A DNA stretch of 40,903 nucleotides from Macrostomum lignano (GCA_002269645.1 NIVC01003138.1:1-40903); one strand, 5' to 3'. Positions 24,501-34,836 are shown, counted from the first letter of the stretch. The notes: generated by a model from the letters alone, not told the origin. Translations and numbers: made by a program.

Positions 24501-26009
24501 TGGGCACCACCAAGCAATTGGGGCGCGGCGGGATCCCTGCGGTATCGCTTTGCGGGCCGCCTCCGTGATCGCGTCGGTGAGCTTGCTGGCAGCTCCAGTG
24601 GCAGTCTTTGGTGGTCTAGCGGTCCAGTTTTTAAGGCGCTCGCTGATGATAAGGCGGAATTTGTCCCAGTCTGCTTTGTGATAAGCCAAGCGAGTGTGCC
24701 TCTTTTTCCTGTCGTTTTTCACAGGGAGCGGGTTTAGGTTTATGACGTCAATAATGATGGGCAGGTGGTCAGATCCGATATGTTTGCCGGTGTTCCAATC
24801 TAGCTTGTCCTGCCAGCTGGCAGGGACGAAGGAGACCTCGGGGCTGCTGGTAGTGCCTCTGGCGTTGACTCTGGTCGGGCCGCCGTCGTTGAGGGCCACG
24901 TAATCATTGGTGGTGGCCCAGTCTTCGAAAGCGGAGCCTCGCTGGTCTTCGGAGTCGTAGTTATCCTCCCACATTCCGTGGTGTGCGTTTATGTCTCCGA
25001 GGATGAACACGTCCGGGCCGGTCGGGAGCCAGTCCGGGTCAAAGCCGTCAGGGCGCCCGTCGGCGGTTCGAACCGGCGGGAGGTAGAGGTTGATGATGTG
25101 AATTGGTCGAGGTAATCGTTTATCGTGGAGCGAGATGGCCGAGCCTTCAGCAGCAGTGCGGGTCACGTCTATATGCGGCAGACGGTACTCAGCGAAATCC
25201 ACACCTTCCTTAACAAGAAAGCAGACCCCTCCGTGGGGGGTGGCCGTTTCGTCGCCATCGCGGTTAATAGCGCGGTCCCTTCGGCCTGCAAGTTGCCAAC
25301 CGGGGAGGCGCGGGATCTGAGACGTGGGTGAAAGATTCGATTCCTGGATGCAGGCTATGTCCGCTTGGAGTTCTTCGAGGAAGCGGAGGAGTTCGAGGCG
25401 TCGAGCTCTGAGGCCGGCTGCATTGAGTTGAATGATGCGGAAGTTAGTGTTGTCTTTGTTTTTAACGTGCGGGGTTCCGTCGGTCGGATACGTGGCCATG
25501 TCTTCAGTCCGACGGTGGACCGGGGGAGGCGAGTTGGGCGGGCTAGGCGGGTCAGGCGGCGGCGTTGGGCTGTCCGTCTGTGCCGTCGGCTGACTGCAGT
25601 TTGTGCACCGCCAGGGTCTCCGGTCACGTCCGATGGTGTTGATTTCGGCTATGCTAAGGTTGCTGCAGCGACGGTGCCGCCAGCGAAGACAGGAGGAGCA
25701 GCGAGTGGAGTAGTCTTTGCGGGTGACATTCTGATTGCAGGCTCCGCACGGGAAGGTTGGTCCTGGGTTTTGTTCGATGTCTCCAGCCCGGATAAGAAGC
25801 TGACCGAGGTGGGCTGGTGAGCCAGGGCCAGCTTGGAAAAAGACGACCGACGCGGTAATGACGCGCCGAATGCGCGCTCTGCACTCTTCCCAGGGTCCGG
25901 GGTGTTGCTGCACTTTGCTGGGCGGGCGCCCAGTCGGTCCCACCACGAGAAGGTGGCAGCATTGGGAGGCGCGCCAGGCGCGCCCGGTAGTGGGTTGCCC
26001 CACCACCAC
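21565..26009 (-). CDS. LINE polyprotein (~1480 aa after repairing one frameshift at ~22060): 2A - PHD - APE endonuclease - reverse transcriptase - RNase H - CCHC knuckle
   Basis: APE: IIQLNAAG, CIQES, YLPP, GDINAH, SDHLPI. RT: FRPICLLS, QAGFR, GLPQGSVLAP, YADD. RNase H: WTDGS, RAE, TDSQ, WIPGH..(N)DLAD. Knuckle CPACGEASEDLKHLLLEC. Confidence 0.92.
25596..25748 (-). other. PHD finger coding segment in the LINE ORF
   Basis: CGAC..CSSC..HRRC..WRCTNC gives C4HC3 spacing with the conserved Trp before the last Cys pair. Confidence 0.85.
25758..25799 (-). other. 2A-like (StopGo) ribosomal skipping peptide LLIRAGDIEQNPG/P
   Basis: Exact D(V/I)ExNPGP consensus with upstream hydrophobic LLI, in frame with the RT ORF. 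Confidence 0.88.
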
Positions 26010-26010
26010 C
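25906..26010 (-). ncRNA. HDV-like self-cleaving ribozyme at the LINE 5' end
   Basis: P3 ACC/GGU, L3 UUCUCGU, P1.1 UC/GA, P4 CUGGGC/GCCCAG, J4/2 CAAA, P2 UGCUGC-C/G-(U)-GCAGCA. P1 GGU+CCC/GGGACC is interrupted by two hairpins. Confidence 0.8.
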
Positions 26011-26780
26011 AAGTGCTTGTGGGAATGCTTGTGGGAGTGCTTGTGGGAGTGCTAGCTAGTGGAAGTGCTTGTGGGAGTGCTTGTGAGAGTGCTTGTGGAA
26101 GTGCTTGTGGGAGTGCTTGTGGGAGTGCTAGTGGGAGTGCTTGTGGGAGTGCTTGTGAGAGTGCTTGTGGGAGTGCTTGTGGGAGTTCTTGTGGGAGTGC
26201 TAGTGGGAGTGCTAGTGGAAGTGCTTGTGGGAGTGCTTGTGGGAGTTCTTGTGGGATTGCTAGTGGGAGTGCTAGTGGAAGTGCTTGTGGGAATGCTTGT
26301 GGGAGTGCTTGTGGGAGTGCTAGTGGGAGTGCTAGTGGAAGTGCTTGTGGGAGTTCTTGTGGGAGTGCTAGTGGGAGTGCTAGTGGGAGTGCTTGTGGGA
26401 GTGCTAGTGGAAGTGCTAGTGGAAGTGCTTGTGGGAGTGCTTGTGGGAGTGCTTGTGAGTGCTAGTGGGAGTGCTTGTGGGAGTGCTTGTGGGAGTGCTT
26501 GTGGGAGTGCTAGTGGGAGTGCTAGTGGAAGTGCTTGTGGGAATGCTTGTGGAAGTGCTTGTGGGAGTGCTAATGGAAGTGCTTGTGGGAGTGCTTGTGG
26601 GAGTGCTTGTGGGAGTGCTAGTGGGAGTGCTTGTGGAAGTGCTTGTGGGAGTGCTAGTGGGAGTGCTTGTGGGAGTGCTTGTGGGAGTGCTAGTTGGGGT
26701 GCTACTGGGAGTGCTTGTGGGAGTGCTAGTTGGAGTGCTACTGGGAGTGCTATTGGAAGTGCTAGCGGGAGTGCTAGTAA
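26011..26780. repeat. 12-bp minisatellite (GGGAGTGCTTGT/GGGAGTGCTAGT)n, right part
   Basis: About 64 units continuing the array beyond the LINE. Confidence 0.97.
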
Positions 26781-27614
26781 TTAGTTCAGCCATTTTCAAG
26801 GAGATTATCAAGATATGGCTGCATGCTGAATGATGGTTATCGCAGGAGCACCTGTGCAGCTACCTGGCTGACAAAAACTGATACGATCAGATAATAGTTA
26901 ATGATAGAACCGCATCCCCATTTACTTTGTTTGAAAAAACTGCTTGCATGAAAAGCAATTAAACAAGACTAAACCATGCATGCAAGCTGGCTCAAGGACC
27001 ACTAGGAGCACTTGGTCTTGACAACCCGCACTGGCTAACTAGATAGAATCAATTATAAGCTTCTTTATAAAGCCAATATGAAGCCTCAGTTGCATTTTGG
27101 CTTGCGCCAAGTCTGATGAATTTTGCTAGAATTTCAATTAAGTCTCTATCTTCATGAGTTATTAGGTAAATTTATTTATCCTCTTCAGTAAGGTTTTTAA
27201 AATTCGAAACTTTATACCTAGATTTCCTGTTCAAATTTATCACGGGAAGCAACTATAAAAACTATAAAATTTCCAAATGCACTTGAGTGAACTTTGCTTT
27301 CTAACTTCTACATGGCACTTTTGGCAGGTCAAAGTAATCGATTCTTCAATCTGATCATCTTCAGCACTCATGTCGATTCTTGGTGCGCAATAATTGAAGA
27401 CTTATGCTGTACAATGAAAAAAGAAGATTAACTTTTTAAAAATGTATCTATATCTGACAAAAATCTGCCGAAATAGAATATCTTTGTTTCCCTTGAATTT
27501 CAAATTCAAAGGTCGCGTCACTTCGGGACGATTTTGGCCACAGGCGGTCTAAATTGAATTTCATCTGTTTCAATGGAATGAAACTTCGTTTAAATTGAAC
27601 TTCAGCAAGCGCTG

Positions 27615-28196
27615 GGCGGTGTTTTACGAACCAAAGTTCAATCTTAAGATCAAACTTAGGATTGAGTGTAGGATCGACGTGTTCTATGAAGATAAAAGTC
27701 GATCTTAGCTGTGATCCAACTAAGGTCTGACCTAATGGAAGATAAGATCGAACTTACGACTGGTGCGTTTTACCAAGAGAGACTGTCTATGACCAAAACT
27801 GTCATGGTCGGTCTTAACTTTAGGACACATCTAGAGTTGTCCTAAGTTTCAAGTCGCTATCTGAACAGCAAGAGCCGATCTGTTGGAATAAAATGTTTGC
27901 CGTTTTAATTGCTCGTCGTGCAACCGAGATGCAAAGGATTCCTCGGGTTTGGCGTCAACCCCTGGGGACGACGTTCATTTCTAAATCTCTTTCTGACTAA
28001 AATTAGGTCTTCTTTTATCAGCCATTCGAATGTGATTTGCAATGCAAAATTAACTCAATGAACAAGAAGTAATACAAGCCGTGACCGTGTCTCTGCTGGC
28101 TAAAATTTGTAAAACGCATTTACGGCTCAGTCTTAAGTTCGAGCGTAATTTGGAACTTAGGAGTCAGTCTTAAGACGCAGTTCGTAAAACAACGCC
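27615..28196. mobile_element. PIF/Harbinger-like non-autonomous element
   Basis: TIR GGCG(G/T)TGTTTTACGAAC (16/17), 3-bp TSD CTG on both sides, subterminal CTTAAG motifs, and a relic MADKRRPNFSQKEI on the minus strand. Confidence 0.75.
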
Positions 28197-28789
28197 CTGG
28201 GGTTTCTTTAAGTGTTTGAATTGAAGTCCTGCTGGTTTCAAACAAGAATTGTTCAAACTAGGAGGTAAAATGGAGTAATGAAGGCAGTCTGCCCAGCTCT
28301 GACTTCTAGCTGATATCAACATTTTGGCTGACTTGTAGAACTGCCTCGGGTAAATCAAGCACAGAATCGGTGGGGTGGGTGAGCGGTTGGAGATCATGCA
28401 ACCCCCGAGCCAGCAATCATTCATCATTTTCAAGAATCCACCTTCTAAATTAGCCATAAAAATTAGCAATTAATTAATTTTTTAATGCCAATTAGCGACT
28501 GGCTTGACGCAGGTGACAGGCAACTCTGCATCTCTCACCTGGCCTGGCATGGGGCGGCTACTGGCGAGTCAGTCAGACTGAGAGATGCATCCCGAAAGTC
28601 TAAAGTACTCGAACAAGGACGCACATAAGGACCGCTTACTGATTACTAATGCCGGTACTGTCAAACCGGCCTTTGAAACGATTAGTTTCCCAGCCCTGCC
28701 TGCCTGCCTGTCTCCAGGTCCCGCAGTCGGTAGTAGCGCAAGGACTACTCAAGTAGGACAGGAAACCTCGTTTTTGGAAAAAATTAGGA

Positions 28790-28990
28790 GGCAGGTTTTT
28801 CTGAAAAATACACTACGGAGATAGAAAGTTTTCATTTTTCAGCACAAAAATTGGTATTGCTTTCGATAGAAGCAGACCCAATGTTCATCTTATGTTTATG
28901 TTTTGTTTTGCATATACATGTCTGCTTTGATATGTTTTGCCTTTCTTATAGCTCCAGTGCTATTCATACAGCTTTTCGTTTAGACAATTT
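28790..28990. repeat. Dispersed partial copy of the 15948-16577 element family
   Basis: AAAAATACACTACGGAGAT..TTCAGCACA(A/G)AAATTG..GATATGTT(T/G)TGCCTTTCTTAT..GCTTTTCGTT matches the reverse complement of ~16370-16520. Confidence 0.7.
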
Positions 28991-29006
28991 TCTTATTCTA
29001 CGAGTA

Positions 29007-29899
29007 TGTGGAGTGAGCCATCAGTGGAGTGAGTCATCTAGGGTATACAGTATCTGTGGATTCAGCCATCTAGGGTATACAGTATCTGTGGATTCAGCCA
29101 TCTAGGGTATACAGTATCTGTGGAGTGAGTCATCTAGGGTATACAGTATCTGTGGAGTGAGCCATCTATTGGGTATACAGTATCTGTGGAGTGAGCCATC
29201 TAGGGTATACAGTATCTGTGGATTCAGCCATCTAGGGTATACAGTATCTGTGGAGTGAGCCATCTAGGGTATACAGTATCTGTGGAGTGAGCCATCTATT
29301 GGGTATACAGTATCTGTGGAGTGAGCCATCTAGGGTGTACAGTATCTGTGGAGTGAGCCATCTAGGGTGTACAGTATCTGTGGAGTGAGCCATCTAGGGT
29401 ATACAGTATCTGTGGAGTGAGCCATCTAGGGTATACAGTATCTGTGGAGTGAGCCATCTAGGGTGTACAGTATCTGTGGAGTGAGCCATCTAGGGTGTAC
29501 AGTATCTGTGGATTCAGCCATCTAGGGTATACAGTATCTGTGGAGTGAGCCATCTAGGGTATACAGTATCTGTGGAGTGAGCCATCTAGGGTATACAGTA
29601 TCTGTGGAGTGAGCCATCTAGGGTATACAGTATCTGTGGAGTGAGCCATCTATAGGGTATACAGTATCTATGGAGTGAGCCATCTAGGGTATACAGTATC
29701 TGTGGAGTGAGCCATCTAGGGTGTACAGTATCTGTGGAGTGAGCCATCTAGGGTGTACAGTATCTGTGGAGTGAGCCATCTAGGGTGTACAGTATCTGTG
29801 GAGTGAGCCATCTAGGGTATACAGTATCTGTGGAGTGAGCCATCTAGGGTATACAGTATCTGTGGAGTCAGCCATCTAGGGTATACAGTATCTGTGGTA
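29007..29899. repeat. 32-bp minisatellite (GTGGAGTGAGCCATCTAGGGTATACAGTATCT)n
   Basis: About 27 units, intergenic. Confidence 0.97.
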
Positions 29900-30212
29900 T
29901 TCGCTAGAACTTTCTTTATCACTTCAGCTTGAAAACACACGTGCTTTGAACGTGCTTCATTTGCAAGTTGGAAATCCGGGAGGTGAGATATCGCCAATGT
30001 TTTGGGCTAAACATGGAAAACTCCCAATCTTATAGCGAGTGCTGATTCTGTCTGCAGTGACGAGATGACAAACGGGAGAAACTTGCAGATTTCTCAGTGG
30101 TTGAGAAAATATTTGATTGGGTGTGAAAATACGGTTACAGACGTTGACAATGGTGCACATGCAGCAAGTGTTGAGAGTCTGTTTTCATTGTCCCATCTCC
30201 TGAATGGCTGCT

Positions 30213-32288
30213 TCAGCGGTGCAACTTGGCGGCCTGCTGCCTTTTCGCTGGCGGCGTCATGATGTACACGATTTGCGAGGCCTTGCTGTACAGCTGGTCG
30301 AGGTCCTCCTCGCGCATCAGCTCCTCGATGCGCGGCGACTGGGTGCCCTCGTAGCGGCCAGCGGGCGCGGCCGACTCCGCTGCTCGGTGCTCGCCCGCGG
30401 TGGCGGCTGCCGAAGTGGCCTGGGCTTCCTCGGTGGCCGGCTCGGACTCTGCGAGCTGGAATGGAGCAGGCGGGCACTGAGTTGACACCCCGGCAATTTA
30501 AAAAGGCTCATCAGAAATTGCACATCATTTCCACCAGCTCGAAACCTTGCGATTTCGTTGTTTTGAATCTTCGAGCCAGCCCTAGTGGCGCCAAAACATG
30601 GGACGGCAGCCCTAGTGTCTCCAAAACAATTCGGACGGCAGCCCTAGTGTCTCCAAAACAACGGACGGCAGCCCTAGTGGCGCCAAAACAAGGGACGACA
30701 GCCCTAGTGTCTCCAAAACATGGGACGACAGCCCTAGTGTCTCCAAAACATGGGACGGCAGCCCTAGTGTCTCCAAAACATGGGACGGCAGCCCTAGTGT
30801 CTCCAAAACATGGGACGGCAGCCCTAGTGTCTCCAAAACATGGGACGGCAGCCCTAGTGTCTCCAAAACATGGGACGACAGCCCTAGGGACACCAGCTCT
30901 AGTGACATCAACCCAAGTGGCGCCAACCCTAGTGACACCAGCCCTAGTGGCGCCAGCCCTAGTGGCGCCAACCCTAGTGGCGCCAGCCCTAGTGGCGCCA
31001 ACCCTAGTGGCGCCAACCCTAGAGGCGCCAGCCCTCGTGACACCAGCCCTAGTGGCGCCAGCCCTAGTGGCGCCAACCCTAGTGGCGCCAACCCTAGAGG
31101 CGCAAGCCCTCGTTACACCAGCCCTAGTGGCGCCAACCCTAGTGGCCCCCAACGCCTAGTGGCGTCAAATCGGGCAAAGAGCGTTGGCAAATGAGCTGCA
31201 CGCAAACTGCAAGACAGTCCGACGCCTCACCTTCTGAGTCTCCGCCGGCTCCGAGTGCGGCTGCCGCCCGGCCTCGTCCGCCTTCCGCTTTTTCTCCTCT
31301 TCGTACTCAGCCAGCTGAGGGCGGCAGGGTTGGTGGGTGCATTTATGCTTTGAGCCGATTCATGGACAGCTAATGTGAGAGGGAAGCTGCATGAGTTGCA
31401 CTGGTGGCCGCTTGCAGGACATTTTCAGCTTTCCGAAACTGCAGCTAAACTTTGCTGTCCACTCGGAATGGATTATTGAAATTCAGGTGCCAATCACATA
31501 TGGCTTGGTATCTGCATGCCGCACTGAACATCTGCTTCCCAGGTGTTCTTGAGACTTTCCTGAACTGAGCCACAAATTAAAAGAAAGGATTCTTTGCGGA
31601 GCCTCACCGTCTTGTACGGATTCGGCGGCCAGAACTCCTTCCATTCGGCGTCCCGGCCGCGGCGGCCCTCGCCGGCTGCAGCTGCGCCTTTGGCCTCGCC
31701 CGGCTCGATGACGCCATCCAGCACCAGCTTGCGGACCCGGCGGGACTCAGCCTCGGCCAGGCGGCGCTCCTTCTGCTGCTGCATCATCTTGATGGGGTTT
31801 TGTTGGAGCACTGGTCAGTAATTGAGTCTGATTGGGGTCTATATTCATCTGGTGGAAGGTCAAGTGACCAGTGGATGGTCAAGTCACCTAGTGGATGAAC
31901 AAGTGACCTAGTGGATGGTCGAGTGACCTAGTGGATGGTCGAGTGACCTAGTGGATGAACAAGTGACCTAGTGGATGGTCGAGTGACCTAGTGGATGGTC
32001 GAGTCACCTAGTGGATGGTCGAGTGACCTAGTGGATGTTCGAGTGACCTAGTGGATGGTCTAGTGGACCTGATTGAAGATCAGAATACCGATATCTCTGA
32101 CGTGACGTTTTCATGAACATGAAAGAGAAGCTGTACTCGGACAGACTCAAACAGGCAAGAAAACCGCTCACTCTTTGCTTATCTTCCAGCTTCTGCTGCA
32201 GCTCCTGCGCGAAACGCTTGTCGGTGATTTTGGGCTCTCGATCGCCCATCACCTGATCGTAGCGCCTTTGCCTGGGAATGGCTGGCAT
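30213..32288 (-). CDS. Uncharacterised ~215-aa charged/coiled-coil protein. Exons 32288-32172, 31810-31608, 31314-31231, 30455-30213
   Basis: GC-rich codon-like blocks with GTGAG donors and YAG acceptors: MPAIPRQRRYDQ..ELQQKLEDKQR / NPIKMMQQQKERR..EFWPPNPYKT / LAEYEEEKKRK.. / ..EEDLDQLYSKASQIVYIMTPP. Junction 1 needs one extra G (AGAG|GTGAG) to stay in frame. No family recognised. Confidence 0.7.
30579..31165. repeat. Compound array: 30-bp (GCCCTAGTGTCTCCAAAACATGGGACGGCA)n then 15-bp (GCCCTAGTGGCGCCA)n
   Basis: Lies within the intron 31230-30456 of the minus-strand gene. Confidence 0.95.
31864..32065. repeat. 20-bp minisatellite (GTGACCTAGTGGATGGTCGA)n
   Basis: About 10 units, intronic. Confidence 0.95.
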
Positions 32289-34640
32289 GCTTGGCCCTAG
32301 CGGAGACAGCGAGAGCTGCTCAAGTTGAAGAGTTTACCGGCCGTGTGGGTCAGCTCAGTTTTCAACCCTCCTCCATTTTTTAAATATCTTGCGCAGCGGA
32401 GAAATTCTCAGCATTCAAAGTAAGAAATTTAGAGGCTACTTGACCACAAGAACAATATGGGCCAGGAGAGGGACTTAGCGACTCGCCTGTCAGCTCGGAG
32501 CGGGCTTCGCAGTGTGAAAGACCGTTCCAGCTGAGTGCCCCGAGTGCTGCGCGTTGACCCAGGCGATCCGCGTGTGTCAACAATTAAGAGGGCGGGGGCT
32601 CCGCTCCATCCAGCGATAAAAAGGCTGCTTAAGGCAATCAAGAAAGCGCTGAGGCTTCACTGAGCTGCAGGGGCACGACTGTGGCGCCGGTCCAGACTTT
32701 TGTTTATCTTAGTGAGTTTTTTCACATCAACTCGACTGAACTTGCACGCGAGGAGCAAGAGTTTTGCTGAAGGCTAAGAAATTAGGGTGTCTTATAATCA
32801 AAGCTCAAAGTCTGTGCCCGAATGTTCAACTCGACTCAACTTCTCATGCATGACACCTAACGTAAATGCCTAGATGTACCTTTGCTGCTTGAGCATATGG
32901 ATAAAGACTGTAGATAGCAAAGCCGCGATGAGGCAAGCGACCATTCCGCTGACCCCTGAGCGGATGCGTACTACGCGAGTACGCGCTTACACATGGTGTA
33001 CATGCAGCAGCCTTGACTTTCTCGTTGCAGGAATGCCTTTGCTTGGCCCTTCTACGTCTTGTTAAGAATCGCCCAAGCCTTAGGCAAAATTTTGTGAACG
33101 AGCGCCCAGGTAATGTGGGCCTCGCAAGAATTCAAACCCGCTGGTGACTTTGGCCTTGGGGGGGGGGGGTCGGACTCTGGCCTGCTCAGCCCCACAAGCT
33201 GCTTGAAAAAAGAATTGGTATATTCTTGAAAATTACTTAGTAATCGCACCGAGGATCCCAGTGAAAGTAATGTTTGAAAGCAAACTACTTTAACGCATAA
33301 CGTTTAATACAAATTAAGCATAATTTTATTATCAGTGCGTATAGGATAGGGGCCGCGGGTGATGTAAATATATGACCCTGATTTGGAAACTGACATATGT
33401 GGGTTACGCAGCCAATTGGCGTTCCTATGCAGCAGCCAGCGATCAGTTCCGCTGTTCAAAAATTTTTCGAAAAATTCTGCGGCCTAAGCTTAGGATCAGG
33501 TTTAATCTGTATTAGACAACTGTTGTGACCGATAGGATGCACTAACTGTGCAGGAAAGCCTATTAACGTATGTTTTTCGCAGATGGCTACATCATATAGC
33601 CGGGCAAAAGCTTTTCTATTTGAAAATGAGGCGAGGCTGGTATTACAGCAAGTGGACATCGGCAACGCGGGAATTTAGGACATAGAATACGAGCTACAAT
33701 AGAACGCATAGGAACGCTTGGGCTTGAACACATACTAAATTACAACATCAGCTGCTGAAATCATTCTTTGTAGACCCATATGAATAAAATAATGGGTTGC
33801 AAGGAAAGCTTTCAAACATATCATCTGTGAGTTCAATGACCTAAGTTCATGTCAGGGTATAAGCTAGGTGTAGGAGATGCAGATGCCGAATCAAAAGACT
33901 GTGTAGTATCGGCAATAATAATAATCTGAGAGTTTTTCAATTCGTAGCAAGATAACTAACCAACTGCATGCATTTTCTAGCGCTTTTCGAAGAAAATATT
34001 TTTGGAGAAGTTTTGCTTGTGAGAAGAAGGTAACCTTATGGTGACTTATGATTATGAAGAAAAATCCGGTTGTTTTAAGCGAGCATTTTAATTTCAAAAC
34101 CAATAATAGCCAAATTGTATTTTTAAAAGTGAATGTAAAAAGTTTAAACAAAAAAAAATCAATAAAAAAACAAATCGACTTATACATTGAAACTATATAA
34201 GTTGATATGTCATGAATGTACATTTGAAAAAGTAAATCTAGACTTTTAATCAGCTCAATTTGTAGATTTTAGCATTTTGTACTTCTTTCAAAAGAACAAT
34301 TTTATGTCAACCAGGTGGCCGTCCCTCCCTCCGTGGGAATTTCTGGTGGGAACTGTCAGATTTTTCTGTTACGATCGTATTCAATATATTATATTAAATA
34401 AAAATTCATCATTATATTACCAGTGAATACATTTTCAAAATTCAGGTTGTTTTTCTTTTTTTCGAATTGTGACTATAAAGTCTGTACAGAGTAGTACAAG
34501 TAATGCACATAATTGTAATTGTGCCTTTTATTTTAGGAGCTAGGAGGCGTATAAACGCGGGAAACTTGACATTACCGCGCCGCTTAGTGTGTTAGCCAGT
34601 GGCTTAGGGGGCCGTAGCTTGAGAGCCTTGAGAGCCAACC

Positions 34641-34836
34641 CCCAAGGCACAGTGAAGTGTACATGCCTAATGATAAAATAAAGTTAGGGCCGCTGTACAC
34701 TCCTGTGTGAGTGTGTGCCTGCGTACATATCCGCGCGCTTATAGCCTATACTAGCTATAGGCCTATGCCTGCTCAGGGGAGTCAGTGGAGTGGGCAGTAT
34801 TGCCTCTCGCCGGTTGTATGTTGATGTCGCTTAAAG
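34641..34836 (+). mobile_element. Second copy (body and tail) of the SINE family
   Basis: CCCAAGGCAC..GTGTACAT.CCTAA..AAAGTTA.GGCCGCTGTACACTC..TGCCTGCTCAGGGGAGTC..TGCCTCTCGCCGG..ATGTCGCTTAAAG is shared with 9923-10098. Confidence 0.75.

Larger units (their letters stand above)
21555..26010 (-). mobile_element. Apparently full-length Ingi-clade (I-group) non-LTR retrotransposon, 4456 bp
   Basis: Flanked by direct repeat AAGTGCT (21548-21554 and 26011-26017). (AAC)4 tail overlaps the stop codon. Single long ORF with 2A, PHD, APE, RT, RNase H and CCHC; HDV-like fold at the 5' end. Confidence 0.93.

Noticed and set aside
25890-25915. Second degenerate 2A (KVQQHPGP) upstream of the real one
   Set aside because: Lacks D, E and N of the consensus and overlaps the ribozyme P2 strand, so it is probably coincidental.
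21496-26465. Plus-strand and alternate-frame ORFs over the LINE
   Set aside because: Shadows of a GC-rich coding strand with no recognisable motifs.
963-31159. Many 60-280 aa ORFs with periodic translations (e.g. 3210-5263, 5619-5927, 7658-9609, 12039-12901, 15031-15357, 19401-19826, 25833-26833, 30461-31159)
   Set aside because: They arise from stop-free tandem units, open in several frames and on both strands, and fall in introns defined by flanking conserved exons.
32850-33700. Decayed transposase or LINE fragment in short ORFs
   Set aside because: No motif could be recognised in any frame.
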